Assembly: GCA_041571435.1 (NCBI GenBank)
Contig: JBFFUI010000026.1
Coordinates: forward strand, 1 to 30,868
Source of the DNA: Sulfurimonadaceae bacterium
Lineage (GTDB): Bacteria; Campylobacterota; Campylobacteria; Campylobacterales; Sulfurimonadaceae
Length of the DNA: 30,868 bases
Direction of reading: 5' to 3'
Shown here: piece by piece, positions 9,487-19,792 of the stretch
Layout of the letters: each line of letters begins with the position of its first letter
Position numbering within the stretch: the first letter of the stretch is position 1
The notes under the pieces: model-generated
The model's database searches: none
What the model saw: the letters and a program-made list of their open reading frames with translations, nothing else
What the model was told of the DNA's origin: nothing
Position numbers and translations under genes: made by a program

Positions 9487-10437
9487 CTACTTCTCTCTAC
9501 TGTTTTTTAGTTCATCTACATATGGGATGATATTTACCGCAGCAACGGCACCGTCACCCGCAGCGGCAACAACCTGTTTGGGCGCATCGATCCGGATATC
9601 CCCTGCTGCAAAAAGGCCCGGTGTCGATGTCTGCATACGAAGATTGACGATCACCTCTCCTGCTGCATTCACATCACAGATAAAGCTGCCGTCCTCTTGT
9701 TTCAGAACATCATTGTTGACATTCATCCCGACAAAGGTAAAGACACCCGGAACTTCAATATCGCGAATTCCATCAGGTGTACTCACCTTCAGACCGGTGA
9801 CACCCATCGCATCGCCATACACCTCTTGCGGTGTTGCATTGAGAACAAGTTCAATGTTCTCTGTCGCATGCACCCGCGCTATCGTGTTCGGTGCAGCACG
9901 AAAAGTATCACGTCGGTGAACCAGATAGACCTTTGAACAGATGTTCGCCAGATAGATCGCCTCTTCCAATGCCGTGTCGCCACCGCCGATAACGGCAACC
10001 TCTTTGCCTTTGTAGAAAAAGCCGTCACATGTTGCACATGTTGAGACCCCTTTGCCAAAAAGCTCGTCTTCACCTTTAAAACCGACGCGTTTAGGCGTTG
10101 ATCCAGTACAGATGATCACAGAGAGGGCCTCTTCGCTTGTACCATCACCTTTGTGTATCGTGAAGGTGCCATCACTGTTGTGATCAACTTTCATCACCTC
10201 AACCATGGCGTGTTTCAGCCCAAAACGCTGGCACTGCTCAGGCCACGGCATCATCAAATCCATACCTGTGATCTCCCCTGTCACACCGGGATAGTTTTCG
10301 ATCTCAGAACTGCCTGTGATCTGACCGCCCGGCATCCCTTTTTCGAACATTGTTACATTTGACAGACCACCGCGTGTTGCATACATACCAGCTGTTAATC
10401 CTGCCGGTCCACCACCAATAATCGCACAATCTAACAT
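9487..10437 (-). CDS. trxB: Thioredoxin reductase
   Basis: [29 protein letters not shown]. Start moved to MLDCAII, which has a GAAGGA SD. Confidence 0.97.
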   Translation of the reverse strand: MLDCAIIGGGPAGLTAGMYATRGGLSNVTMFEKGMPGGQITGSSEIENYPGVTGEITGMDLMMPWPEQCQRFGLKHAMVEVMKVDHNSDGTFTIHKGDGTSEEALSVIICTGSTPKRVGFKGEDELFGKGVSTCATCDGFFYKGKEVAVIGGGDTALEEAIYLANICSKVYLVHRRDTFRAAPNTIARVHATENIELVLNATPQEVYGDAMGVTGLKVSTPDGIRDIEVPGVFTFVGMNVNNDVLKQEDGSFICDVNAAGEVIVNLRMQTSTPGLFAAGDIRIDAPKQVVAAAGDGAVAAVNIIPYVDELKNSREK

Positions 10438-10656
10438 ATTTGTTCCTTCACCATCAGAAATAAAATCACCGTTTATTTTTTGTATAAAATAATACCCGTT
10501 TAGTACTAAATAGTCTCTTTGTAAGATCGATTCATAAGATTGCGTAAAGCTAGGTAATTGGTTAGTATGCGTAGTATCAAAATCAAGTTGTATGTAAAGT
10601 TTGAAGAAGTTTTGTGGAGCAAGACTCAAAATGCACTATTGCACTTGATGTCATAA

Positions 10657-10679
10657 CTTCGGGTGCAAAAGCCCCGAAG
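10657..10679 (-). terminator. Hairpin after trxA
   Basis: CTTCGGG-tgcaaaagc-CCCGAAG, about 10 nt past the trxA stop codon. Confidence 0.65.
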
Positions 10680-10688
10680 CTTGAATCG

Positions 10689-11006
10689 TTATAAAAGACC
10701 GTTGATCTTAGCAGCAAATGCATCTTTAGAAGCAGCACCTACCATTGTATCGACTTGTTCACCATCTTTGAAGAAGATGATAGTCGGGATAGAACGTACA
10801 CCGAATTTAACAGCAATGTCTTGCTCTTCGTCCGTGTTAACTTTAACGATCTTAGCTTTACCGTCAAACTCTTCTGCCAGCTCTTCTACGACCGGTGCGA
10901 TCATGCGGCAAGGCCCACACCATGGTGCCCAAAAGTCTACCATTGTTACGCCTTCAGCGATTGTTGCGTCGAAATCTGCAGATGTTGCCTCAATATATTT
11001 AGCCAT
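10689..11006 (-). CDS. trxA: Thioredoxin
   Basis: DFWAPWCGPC, SIPT. GAGG SD and TATAAT at 11039-11044. Confidence 0.98.
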   Translation of the reverse strand: MAKYIEATSADFDATIAEGVTMVDFWAPWCGPCRMIAPVVEELAEEFDGKAKIVKVNTDEEQDIAVKFGVRSIPTIIFFKDGEQVDTMVGAASKDAFAAKINGLL

Positions 11007-11210
11007 AAGATTACCTCTTTTTTAAATTTAATGTAACTATTATATCTCTTCATCAGTTAACTTTTCTTTACAAATACTATAAGCTTGTCTTAAAACTAAT
11101 ATTTGCACAACTTTCTAAGATATAAATCGGAGTAATTTTATCTTATTTAAAAACCGCAATCAATGTCAAAGAAAATTATATGTTTTTTTTAAGTTTCAGA
11201 AAAGATTTTA

Positions 11211-11540
11211 TCAAAGCGTTATATTTTCCAAGAGCGTCACTTCGTTCGGAGTGACGATCGCTCCGTCAATACAGTAGTCCAGCTCCAACTGATGTTTCTT
11301 TTGATAACTGGCAACCGTCTTCATAAAACGCTGCATTTTGGTCGGTGTTATATTTTGGACAGCGGATTCGTAGTCATTGGCGCTTTTGACCTCGATAAAA
11401 TGAAGGACCTCGTCTTTCATCGCGATAATATCGATCTCTCCAAACCGGCTGTAGACATTACGGTCTATAATGTCAAAACCAACCGAGCGAAGATAGCTGC
11501 AAGCTTTTTCTTCACCGGCATTTCCTTTCGCGCGACTCAT
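11211..11540 (-). CDS. yraN: YraN (UPF0102) PD-(D/E)XK nuclease-like protein
   Basis: GNAGEEKA, RFGEIDIIA, HFIEVK. Confidence 0.9.
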   Translation of the reverse strand: MSRAKGNAGEEKACSYLRSVGFDIIDRNVYSRFGEIDIIAMKDEVLHFIEVKSANDYESAVQNITPTKMQRFMKTVASYQKKHQLELDYCIDGAIVTPNEVTLLENITL

Positions 11541-11550
11541 AAGATAGCTT

Positions 11551-13608
11551 CTATAAGACCGGGAGGACTTCGACTTTAATCGACTTAAACGCAGCCGTTA
11601 AGATCAACTCATCCCTCGCATCGCCAAAAAGGTTGTTGATCTTCGACTTGGCGTGGTGGAAGGTGACAAACAGTGTCTTTGGCTGCACCTTGTCCGTTAT
11701 TTTGACCGTCAGCGGTGTTGTTTCGCCGAATTCACTTTTCAGGATCACTTTCTCACTGGTAAATGCGGCAGCATCCTCTTCGCAGACCAGCAGGATATCT
11801 TCATCATAGCGGTCATTGAGTTTAGGTGACTGTTTCGTCTGCGCTGCATTGTTATAGTGGGCCAGGGTTCGACCTGTTGTAAGGTAGTAGCCGCTCAAGC
11901 GCTTTTCTGTGATCTCCTGGATCATACCGCGAAGTCTGTACTGATGGTATTTGAAATAGCCGTACCCATCGTCTGTTCTGAAGTCGAGCTGATGCAGGAT
12001 CGGTGTATCTTCCGTGTGGACAGGCCATTGAAGACCCCGCTTTCGGTGGCGTTCAAGTCGGGAGTACTCGGCACCGCTGAAGCGGCGGTACGCCACTTCT
12101 CTTACCTCGTCCCAGACATCTTTGGAACTTTCATACGAAGCATTACCGCCCATTTTGTTGTCCAGTATCTGCAGCACTTCCCAATCATCCGGGAGATCAC
12201 TTTTTACAAGCGGTTGGGAGAGGTGGAGTCGACGCATCGCATTGACATAGACCCCTGTTTTTTCATAAGCGCTCTTGACCCCCACCACGATATCGGCTCG
12301 GTTGGCAACATCCGTCATAAACAGCTCCTGCACAAACAGCATCTCCAACTCATTGAAGGCTCTATCCACTTTGTTAAGATTTGGATGGATATGCGTCAGG
12401 TCTTCGCCGATGTTCAGCACCGCTTTCAAGCGTCCCTCGAGCATCTCGTCAACAAGCTCCGGCGTCATCAAGCCGACCTCTTTTGGTTCCTGATAGTCCG
12501 GATCATAGTACGGAAGCATTCCCATATCGCAGGTCCCTTGAACATTGTTTTGCCCGCGAAGCGGCATCAGGCCAGCACCGCTTTTGCCGACATTGCCGGT
12601 CATCAATGCCAGGTGGGTGATCGCCATGACCGCGTAAGAGCCATCAAGATGTTCCGTAATCCCGAGGCCCCAGAAGATCATCGATTTTTTGAGTGCATAT
12701 TCACGTGCTACTTTACGGATCATTTTCGAGAGGTATTCATACCCCTCTATCTGGTTAAAGAAGTCCGGATTGGCATACGGATCGCTTAGTATCTTCTCTT
12801 TGAACTCCAAGAACCCTTTTGTTCTGTCGGCAATAAAACTCTCATCATAAAGCTCTTCCTCGATAATCGTGTAGGCCAGCATATTAAGTACAAGTAGGTT
12901 CGCTTCATGCGGCATGATCGCCTTGTATTTCGCAAAACGGTGCAGCTTGATCTCACGGACATCGAAGACAGCCAGGTTGTCATGTTCGCGCGCCACATCC
13001 AGGATACGGTTGGAGATGATAGGGTGTGCTTCTGTCGTGTTGGAGCCGATCACGATCATAAATTCGACATTATAGATATCGTTGTAGGGGTTGGTCGCCG
13101 CACCTTCGCCTATCGTTGCACGCATCCCTTTCAGTGAAGGTGAGTGACAGACCCTGGCACAGTTGTCGACATGCGGTGAATTTAGCGTATGACGGGTGAA
13201 CTTTTGAAAAAGATACGATGATTCGCATGAGGTTCTCGCCCCGCCGATGGAAGCGACCGATTTACGGCCATACGCAGCCTGGATCTCCCGAAGTTTCATC
13301 GCACAGGCCGTTGTCGCACTCTCCAGATCACATTCATACCAGATCTCATCCAGCTCGCTTAGGGCACCGCTCACCGCCTCTTTGATCTTCGGGTTTTTTT
13401 CTAAAAAGCTCTTTCTGATACGTGGAATTCTCAGTCTGTCCGGAGAATCGACAAAGTCATAACCGTACTTTCCCTTGATGCAGAGTTTACCTTGTGAGAC
13501 GACCCCGTCGGGATGTGCAAAGATCTTGACGATCTTGTTCTCTTCGACATGTGCCGCAATATCGCAACCCACCCCGCAATACGTACATACGCTATCAATT
13601 GTTTCCAT
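11551..13608 (-). CDS. Cytoplasmic FdhF-like Mo/W-bis-PGD oxidoreductase (formate dehydrogenase alpha-like, Cys ligand)
   Basis: CTYCGVGC...LCIKG [4Fe-4S] motif, DNCARVCHSPS, GSNTTEAHP, PLRGQNNVQG, LTTGR. No Tat signal. Confidence 0.88.
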   Translation of the reverse strand: METIDSVCTYCGVGCDIAAHVEENKIVKIFAHPDGVVSQGKLCIKGKYGYDFVDSPDRLRIPRIRKSFLEKNPKIKEAVSGALSELDEIWYECDLESATTACAMKLREIQAAYGRKSVASIGGARTSCESSYLFQKFTRHTLNSPHVDNCARVCHSPSLKGMRATIGEGAATNPYNDIYNVEFMIVIGSNTTEAHPIISNRILDVAREHDNLAVFDVREIKLHRFAKYKAIMPHEANLLVLNMLAYTIIEEELYDESFIADRTKGFLEFKEKILSDPYANPDFFNQIEGYEYLSKMIRKVAREYALKKSMIFWGLGITEHLDGSYAVMAITHLALMTGNVGKSGAGLMPLRGQNNVQGTCDMGMLPYYDPDYQEPKEVGLMTPELVDEMLEGRLKAVLNIGEDLTHIHPNLNKVDRAFNELEMLFVQELFMTDVANRADIVVGVKSAYEKTGVYVNAMRRLHLSQPLVKSDLPDDWEVLQILDNKMGGNASYESSKDVWDEVREVAYRRFSGAEYSRLERHRKRGLQWPVHTEDTPILHQLDFRTDDGYGYFKYHQYRLRGMIQEITEKRLSGYYLTTGRTLAHYNNAAQTKQSPKLNDRYDEDILLVCEEDAAAFTSEKVILKSEFGETTPLTVKITDKVQPKTLFVTFHHAKSKINNLFGDARDELILTAAFKSIKVEVLPVL

Positions 13609-13806
13609 TGTTCTGCCTAGTTTTATGATTAAAATAGTTAACGATAGAATCTTTTCGACACGATTTTATTGTTCACTATTTTACTAGGCTAGTGTACAGT
13701 CTCGTCACTTAATAAGTTTGAAAGGGTTTTAAAAACGGGAGGATTTAAAGCGTTTATAAGCGTAAAAGAGAAGAAATAAATGCTATCTTTTTGAAGAGAA
13801 ACCAAT

Positions 13807-13834
13807 GTTCATAACGTACAAAAACGTTATGAGC
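13807..13834 (-). terminator. Hairpin terminator after hom
   Basis: TCATAACGT-acaaaa-ACGTTATGA inverted repeat about 10 nt past the stop codon. Confidence 0.6.
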
Positions 13835-13843
13835 AAAAATTGA

Positions 13844-15103
13844 TTATACGATGCGGATCATCACCGGTTTTGCAAGTACAAATTCCAGTTTTTCACTGAT
13901 GGAGATAACATCCTGAATATTACGCTCAACTGCCATATGTGTGGAGAGAAGCAAGTTAACGGACTCTGTGGTTGAGGGGCGCTGCAGAATCGTCTCGATG
14001 GAGATGTTATGTTCGCTGAACAGCTTAGTGATCTCAGCCAAGACACCCGGTCTCTCCTTAACACTGAAACGAAGGTAGTATTTTGAACAGATCGCATCTT
14101 TGTCTTTGAGCGAAAGTCCATGCTCAAGCGGCTTGTCAAAGCCCAGCATCGGTGATGATTTGCCAGAGCGGGCGATATCGATGATATTGGCCACGACAGC
14201 ACTCGCTGTTGCGTCGCCGCCGGCACCCGGTCCGTAAAAGAGTGTTTCGCCCACTTTGTCACCGACGACACTGATACCGTTCATAACACCGTCGATCTTG
14301 GCGATCATCTCATCTTTGGAGATCAGGGCCGCATGGACACGCAGCTCCACTTCGTCGCCGTCGCGTTTCGCAATAGCGAGTAGCTTTACGGCATAGCCGA
14401 ACTCCTTGGCAAAGGCGATATCGTCCTGCGTTACGTTCTCGATGCCTTCGATGAGGATATCTTCGGGTTTGGCATCGATGCCGTAGGCAATGGAGGCGAG
14501 GATCAGCAGCTTATGCGCCGCGTCAAAACCGCCGACGTCAAAGGTCGGATCAGCCTCGGCGTACCCCAGTTCCTGCGCCTCTTTCAAGATCGCATCGTAG
14601 GCCACGCCCTCCTCGGTCATCTTGGTCATCATATAGTTGGACGTACCGTTCATGATACCGACGATCGATTCAATATGATTTGCTGAGAGGCCGTCACGAA
14701 GGGCGTTAATGATCGGGATGCCGCCCGCCACGCTCGCCTCGAACTCGAATGGAAGGTCTTTGGCGATATCCTGCAGCTCATAGCGGTGATAGGCCAAAAG
14801 CGCCTTGTTTGCCGTAACGACTGCTTTACCGTTTTGCAATGCAGTTTTGACTACTTCAAAAGGCTCTTCGACACCGCCCATCAGTTCAACGACAACATCG
14901 ATCTCCGGGTCATTGACAATATCATAAGGATTATCGGTCAGCTTGATATCCAGACCGCGATCTTTTGACAGGTTTTTAACGACACCGGACGTTACCACGA
15001 CTTCAAGACCCGCACGTGCTGTTATCATCTCTTTATTGTCATTGAGTATCTTCACAACAGACGTTCCGACGGTACCGACACCGATCACACCGACTTTAAG
15101 CAT
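13844..15103 (-). CDS. hom: Homoserine dehydrogenase with C-terminal ACT domain
   Basis: GVGTVG, VVTANK, EASVAGGIP, GYAEADP, GPGAGG, ERPGVLA. Confidence 0.97.
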   Translation of the reverse strand: MLKVGVIGVGTVGTSVVKILNDNKEMITARAGLEVVVTSGVVKNLSKDRGLDIKLTDNPYDIVNDPEIDVVVELMGGVEEPFEVVKTALQNGKAVVTANKALLAYHRYELQDIAKDLPFEFEASVAGGIPIINALRDGLSANHIESIVGIMNGTSNYMMTKMTEEGVAYDAILKEAQELGYAEADPTFDVGGFDAAHKLLILASIAYGIDAKPEDILIEGIENVTQDDIAFAKEFGYAVKLLAIAKRDGDEVELRVHAALISKDEMIAKIDGVMNGISVVGDKVGETLFYGPGAGGDATASAVVANIIDIARSGKSSPMLGFDKPLEHGLSLKDKDAICSKYYLRFSVKERPGVLAEITKLFSEHNISIETILQRPSTTESVNLLLSTHMAVERNIQDVISISEKLEFVLAKPVMIRIV

Positions 15104-16323
15104 TAATTCTCTTCCTCTTGAAACTGTTTCAGAAACTCTTTGATATTGCGTGCCGCCTGACGGATACGGTTGTCATTTTCGATCAGGGCGATACGGACGT
15201 AGTTCTCGCCATATTCGCCAAAACCGATACCCGGTGCAACTGCGACCTGTGCTTCGACCAAAAGGCGCTTTGAAAACTCCAGCGAGCCCAAGTGTTCAGC
15301 ACACTCAGGGATCTTCGCCCAGACAAACATACTTGCCTGGTTGCGTCTGATATGCCAGCCGGCTCTATCAAACGCTTCAATTAGAACATTCTGGCGGTGG
15401 TCGTACTTGTCAGTAATGTCACGCACACACTGCTGATCACCGTTAAGTGCGACTGTAGCCGCTACCTGGATCGGTGTAAACATGCCGTAATCCAGCCATG
15501 ATTTGATCTTCTGCAGCGCCCCGATCAGTTTTTTATTACCTACAAAGAATCCTACACGCCAGCCGGCCATGTTGTAGCTTTTAGAGAGCGTAAACGATTC
15601 GACAGCCACATCTTTAGCCCCTTCAACCTCCATAATCGACGGCGTGACATAACCATCAAACGTGATGTCGCCATAAGCGATATCGGAGATGATGTAAAAA
15701 CGCTCTTTTTTCGCCATCGCAACAAGACGCTTGTAAAAATCAAGCGTGACTGTGGCCGTGGTCGGATTGTGAGGAAAGTTGACCAGAACATATTTCGGTC
15801 GTGGTGAGCTCTCCTTAAAAACACGCGCCAGATCTTCCAGGAACTTATCTTCATCGATCTTATAATCTTCGTCGAACTCCAAACCGAACTTCACGACATT
15901 TCCGCCAGCCAGGATAAACGCATAACTGTGAATCGGGTAGGTCGGATCAGGGACGACCGCCACATCACCCGGATTTGTGATGGCATAACAGAGGTGGGCA
16001 TAACCCTCTTTTGAACCCATCGTCGCAACACACTCTGTCATCGGATCAAGATCACAGTTGTAACGTCTTTTATACCAGTCGGAAATTGCCATCAGCAGTT
16101 TCGGGATACCTTTGGATGTCGAGTAACCGTGTGTCTTTGTTTTCTGCGCAGACTCAACAAGTTTTGCACGGATATGCTCCGGTGTATCACCATCAGGATT
16201 TCCCATTGAGAAATCGATAACATCGGCACCGGCACGGCGTTCTGCCATCTTAAGGTCATTAACTTCAGCAAAGACATACTTTGGCAATCTCTTAATACGG
16301 TCAAATTCTATTTCATCAAACAT
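15103..16323 (-). CDS. alaC: Class I/II PLP aminotransferase, AlaC(YfdZ)-like (often annotated LL-DAP aminotransferase)
   Basis: FDRIKRLPKYVF, DFSMGNPD, THGYSTSKGIP, FTLSKSYNMAGWRVG, IKSWLDYG. Confidence 0.8.
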   Translation of the reverse strand: MFDEIEFDRIKRLPKYVFAEVNDLKMAERRAGADVIDFSMGNPDGDTPEHIRAKLVESAQKTKTHGYSTSKGIPKLLMAISDWYKRRYNCDLDPMTECVATMGSKEGYAHLCYAITNPGDVAVVPDPTYPIHSYAFILAGGNVVKFGLEFDEDYKIDEDKFLEDLARVFKESSPRPKYVLVNFPHNPTTATVTLDFYKRLVAMAKKERFYIISDIAYGDITFDGYVTPSIMEVEGAKDVAVESFTLSKSYNMAGWRVGFFVGNKKLIGALQKIKSWLDYGMFTPIQVAATVALNGDQQCVRDITDKYDHRQNVLIEAFDRAGWHIRRNQASMFVWAKIPECAEHLGSLEFSKRLLVEAQVAVAPGIGFGEYGENYVRIALIENDNRIRQAARNIKEFLKQFQEEEN

Positions 16324-16331
16324 ATTTTCTC

Positions 16332-17237
16332 CTATCTCTTCCCAGAGGGACTGAATTCCAGTCCATATCTAATATTGGTAATGGTGTAAAGGTCACTGAC
16401 ACTGATATAGCGTGTCTCTTCCGGCAGTTTCAAACTGAATTGTGCCGTCTGCTGATCTTCTTTTATCACTTTCAAAAGGCGCAGCGAGCTGTCATAAAGA
16501 GCAATGTACGGATACCAGAAGTTGGCTCTGTGGCTCTTAATGTTTATCGCTTTAATGTGGGCAACATCCAGCCATTTTGCATATTGAATACGTTTGTATT
16601 TCTTCGTTTGCCCATTTTTCAGTTTGTCAACTTTCAGATGTGCTTTGGATGTGTCGATACTGTAGTACCAATCCGTCGCAGAATTACGGACAATATCGAT
16701 AATCTCACATCCGCGTGTTGCGAGTTCTTTTCGCAAAAGTACCGGATCTGTTACATACTCCGCTTCAAGCGAGATCTTCCACTCGAATCCACTCCCGTCA
16801 TTGACAGACTCTTTCGTCACATAACGGTAGTATCCGATATCACGGAGTGTATCACCCATCAATTTGACGAAAAAAAGCGGATCGCCGGTTGAATGGAAGG
16901 TCATCTCATACTGCTGCGGCTCTTCGAAAAAGAGGTGGAGCAGACCGTTCTCCTCCAACGTCTCTACAACTTTTACAACATTGATGTTCTCTTTGATGTA
17001 AAAATCGTCAACCTTTTGAAAGTTGATGTGAATGTAGTCACGATTTCTTTCATACGACTCTTCACCGATAAAAGAGAGGATCTTCGCATCTAGAAGCTCT
17101 TGTTTTGTCAGTGGTTTTGTCTCTCCGGTCTCTTCTTGCTGTGTTGATACGTTATTCTCTTCTGTATGTGCAGTCAATACGTCTGCACTGTACAAAGAGG
17201 ATGCCAACAAAAGCAGCCATACCAGCTTTGTTACCAC
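16332..17237 (-). CDS. Conserved hypothetical exported/periplasmic protein
   Basis: GTG start overlaps the upstream stop; signal-peptide-like MVTKLVWLLLLASSLYS; 301-aa ORF tightly packed in the operon. Confidence 0.75.
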   Translation of the reverse strand: MVTKLVWLLLLASSLYSADVLTAHTEENNVSTQQEETGETKPLTKQELLDAKILSFIGEESYERNRDYIHINFQKVDDFYIKENINVVKVVETLEENGLLHLFFEEPQQYEMTFHSTGDPLFFVKLMGDTLRDIGYYRYVTKESVNDGSGFEWKISLEAEYVTDPVLLRKELATRGCEIIDIVRNSATDWYYSIDTSKAHLKVDKLKNGQTKKYKRIQYAKWLDVAHIKAINIKSHRANFWYPYIALYDSSLRLLKVIKEDQQTAQFSLKLPEETRYISVSDLYTITNIRYGLEFSPSGKR

Positions 17238-18151
17238 AGTTTACCCTTGTTGCGTGCTTTGAACTCTTCACTGTCGATGACCTGACAGACACCCGCTTCA
17301 TATAAAAACATCAGTTTATTGTTTTCGCGATATTTGTGTGTCGTGTCACCACACTCCATGTCAAGATGACCATAACCGGTTACGATCAACCAACTTTTTT
17401 CGGCATCCAGCAGAAGAGGTTCGGTAATCGTCTCTGCTCTTCGTCGATGTGTCTCTGTATCGATGATACCTACCCAAAGTGTTCCTCTCGGGACAATACG
17501 CAGATAAAGTGACATCATCGGCTCCGTATTGCGTACCGGTTCCTTGCTCTCTACCGTACTCTCCGCAGCCTGCTGCGGGGCGCTTTCAGCGGCCGCTTGT
17601 TCAGCTTCGGTATCCGTGCTGTTCGCCTCTTGCACGTCCTGTCCAAACTCGGCAGATTCAACATCGCTGTTACGCATCATCTCTTCGACGTTGGCAACAT
17701 GTGCCGGCGCAATATTGAGATTCTTTTTGGCCTGATCGATGGCCGTGTTGTTGATCTCTACTTTCTCTTCTGCCGTCGACGAAAGATCTATCATACTGAG
17801 AAGACCGGCCAGCAGAAGAACAGCCACGCCTCCTGCAGCACCGTACATCACCTTTTTACTTTTTAAAAACTGCTTCTTGTTTGCCAGCAGTTTTGAACCG
17901 GTTTCAGTGATATCGTAACTGCTCTCTTTTGCGATCACCTCTTTCGCTCTGGCAAAAAGGAACTCTTGTTTAAGAGCAGAAAGGTCTATCTTGTACTCAC
18001 GTTCCAGAATCGAAAGAAAGCCGAAGAACTGCGGCTGCTGGAAACTATCAAACTCTTTGTTCAACATTCTTTCGATATGCGCCATAGGAATATGTGTTGC
18101 TCTGGAGATCTCTTTACTCCCGATCTCCTGAAGTTTGTCAAATTCTTCCAT
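17231..18151 (-). CDS. RodZ-like membrane protein (N-terminal HTH, TM helix, acidic linker, C-terminal periplasmic domain)
   Basis: EISRATHIPMAHIERM...FFGFLSILEREY HTH-like segment, basic patch followed by a TM helix, LWVGII beta domain. Confidence 0.7.
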   Translation of the reverse strand: MEEFDKLQEIGSKEISRATHIPMAHIERMLNKEFDSFQQPQFFGFLSILEREYKIDLSALKQEFLFARAKEVIAKESSYDITETGSKLLANKKQFLKSKKVMYGAAGGVAVLLLAGLLSMIDLSSTAEEKVEINNTAIDQAKKNLNIAPAHVANVEEMMRNSDVESAEFGQDVQEANSTDTEAEQAAAESAPQQAAESTVESKEPVRNTEPMMSLYLRIVPRGTLWVGIIDTETHRRRAETITEPLLLDAEKSWLIVTGYGHLDMECGDTTHKYRENNKLMFLYEAGVCQVIDSEEFKARNKGKLW

Positions 18152-18153
18152 CA

Positions 18154-18831
18154 CTATCGCATCCTATCCATTAAAATTGCACCCGCGGCACTTACATTGA
18201 GCGAATCAAAGCCATGTGCCATCTTGATACTGACCGGGTAATCAAGCTTTGAAATCACTCTGTTGGTCAGTCCTTCAGACTCATTTCCCAAGATCAAAGC
18301 TCTTTTGTACGTTATATTCGCTTCATTGATATCCTCACCGTCCATTACGGCACCGTAAAGATAGGTACCGGAAGTTTTCAGATCATTGATGACATCCAGC
18401 ACATTGTTGACGACACAGATAGGCATGTCGAAGATCGCACCCGCCGAACTGCGAACGACGCCCTCAATGTTGAGATGTTTTATCCCACAGACGATAATGC
18501 CATCGACACCCAAAGCATATGCACTGCGGACAATGGCACCGATGTTACCGATGTCTGTCACACCGCTCAAGACAACAAGAAACGGTTTTGTACGCAACGC
18601 ATCCAGACTTTTGACTTCCACACCGTCAATGTCCGCCAGAAATCCTTGGTGATTTCCGCTTTTGGCCATTTTCTGGGCAGCCTCGGGGGGTATGCGTTTG
18701 ATAGTAATGCCCATTCGCATAAGACGCGAGTACTCTTTTTTTTCTAGGTCTTTCGCTAGATAGAGCGTCTCAATGCGGTTCGGGTACTTCTCAATAAGGT
18801 AATAAACCGGTTGTTTGCCATAGATTAACAT
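18154..18831 (-). CDS. rlmB: 23S rRNA 2'-O-methyltransferase, TrmH/SpoU family
   Basis: IYGKQPV, HQG, DIGNIGAIVRSA, LGNESEG, SLNVSAA. Confidence 0.9.
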   Translation of the reverse strand: MLIYGKQPVYYLIEKYPNRIETLYLAKDLEKKEYSRLMRMGITIKRIPPEAAQKMAKSGNHQGFLADIDGVEVKSLDALRTKPFLVVLSGVTDIGNIGAIVRSAYALGVDGIIVCGIKHLNIEGVVRSSAGAIFDMPICVVNNVLDVINDLKTSGTYLYGAVMDGEDINEANITYKRALILGNESEGLTNRVISKLDYPVSIKMAHGFDSLNVSAAGAILMDRMR

Positions 18832-18962
18832 GCAGTGATTTTATCCAAAAAATTCTTTTATAAATGTGAGGAAATGATTAAAAATTATTCGAGGCCTGAA
18901 ACAGGGCGTGTACAGCCACTCAACAGAGAGTAAAATCTCAAAAAATCAAAGAGAAATTTTCT

Positions 18963-19778
18963 CTATTTCTCTTCTTCTAGAAGTCGTTGATAACAGGCTT
19001 TAGGATTTTCTCCCGTGATCTTTGCGATCAGTTTGGAGGCTACTTTTTTTGGCAGATCAAAGGCCAAAATATCGCGTTCACTTATTGTGGAGTGGTGCGC
19101 TTCGCCTGCTTCGATGACAACGACCCACTCCCCTTTTATCTGTCCTGTGAGCTGCGCTTTGATCTCACTCGCAGTCCCATGCAGATAGGTCTGGTACTTC
19201 TTTGTCAGTTCTTTCGCCAGGAATAGACGGCGTTCAGGCACTTCCAAAGCCAACTCGTCCAGCAGTTTTGCCAAACGGTGCGGTGCTTCATACAATACCG
19301 TTGTGTAACCGTTAAACAGTGCCTCTTGAAGTCCGTTGCTGCGTTCACTTCCCTTATGGGCCAAAAAGCCAAAAAAAAGCATTTGTGTCGCGACAAAACC
19401 GCTGGCGACGAAGGCTGTCAAGACGGCATTTGCTCCAGGCAGCACATCGTACTCAAGACCGTTATCAATGCAGTATCGGACCAGCGTCTGGCCCGGGTCA
19501 CTGATCCCCGGCATCCCGGCGTCACTGACATAGACAACATTCTGTTCAAAAAACAAGGGTTCCAGTTTCGCAACAAAATCTGTTTCGTTATGCGAATGCA
19601 GGGCGATAAACTCTTGTTCACGACGTTCAAGATTGTAACGCGTATCCAGAATGTTCAGAAGTTTTTTGGTGACTCGGGTATCTTCACAGAGTAGTATATC
19701 TGCTTTGGAGAGGGCTTCCATGGCACGCAGCGAGATATCGCCGATATTGCCGATGGGAGTAGGGACAAGTGTAAGCAA
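18963..19778 (-). CDS. rsmI: 16S rRNA C1402 2'-O-methyltransferase
   Basis: LVPTPIGNIGDIS, CEDTR, VSDAGMPGISDPG, YEAPHRL, KELTK. TTG start. Confidence 0.96.
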   Translation of the reverse strand: MLTLVPTPIGNIGDISLRAMEALSKADILLCEDTRVTKKLLNILDTRYNLERREQEFIALHSHNETDFVAKLEPLFFEQNVVYVSDAGMPGISDPGQTLVRYCIDNGLEYDVLPGANAVLTAFVASGFVATQMLFFGFLAHKGSERSNGLQEALFNGYTTVLYEAPHRLAKLLDELALEVPERRLFLAKELTKKYQTYLHGTASEIKAQLTGQIKGEWVVVIEAGEAHHSTISERDILAFDLPKKVASKLIAKITGENPKACYQRLLEEEK

Positions 19779-19792
19779 TGCTTACTCTTGGA

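Noticed and set aside
10438..10629. 64-aa N-terminal extension of TrxB in the ORF track
   Set aside because: AT-rich, promoter-like sequence. The SD and the family N-terminus point to ATG 10437.
11857..12789. 310-aa + strand ORF (likewise 21418-22287, 23330-24130, 4375-5019, 9299-9919)
   Set aside because: These are antisense shadows of well-supported genes and have no protein motifs.
13140..13170. Selenocysteine in the FdhF-like active site
   Set aside because: The ligand codon is TGT (Cys), and there is no in-frame TGA.
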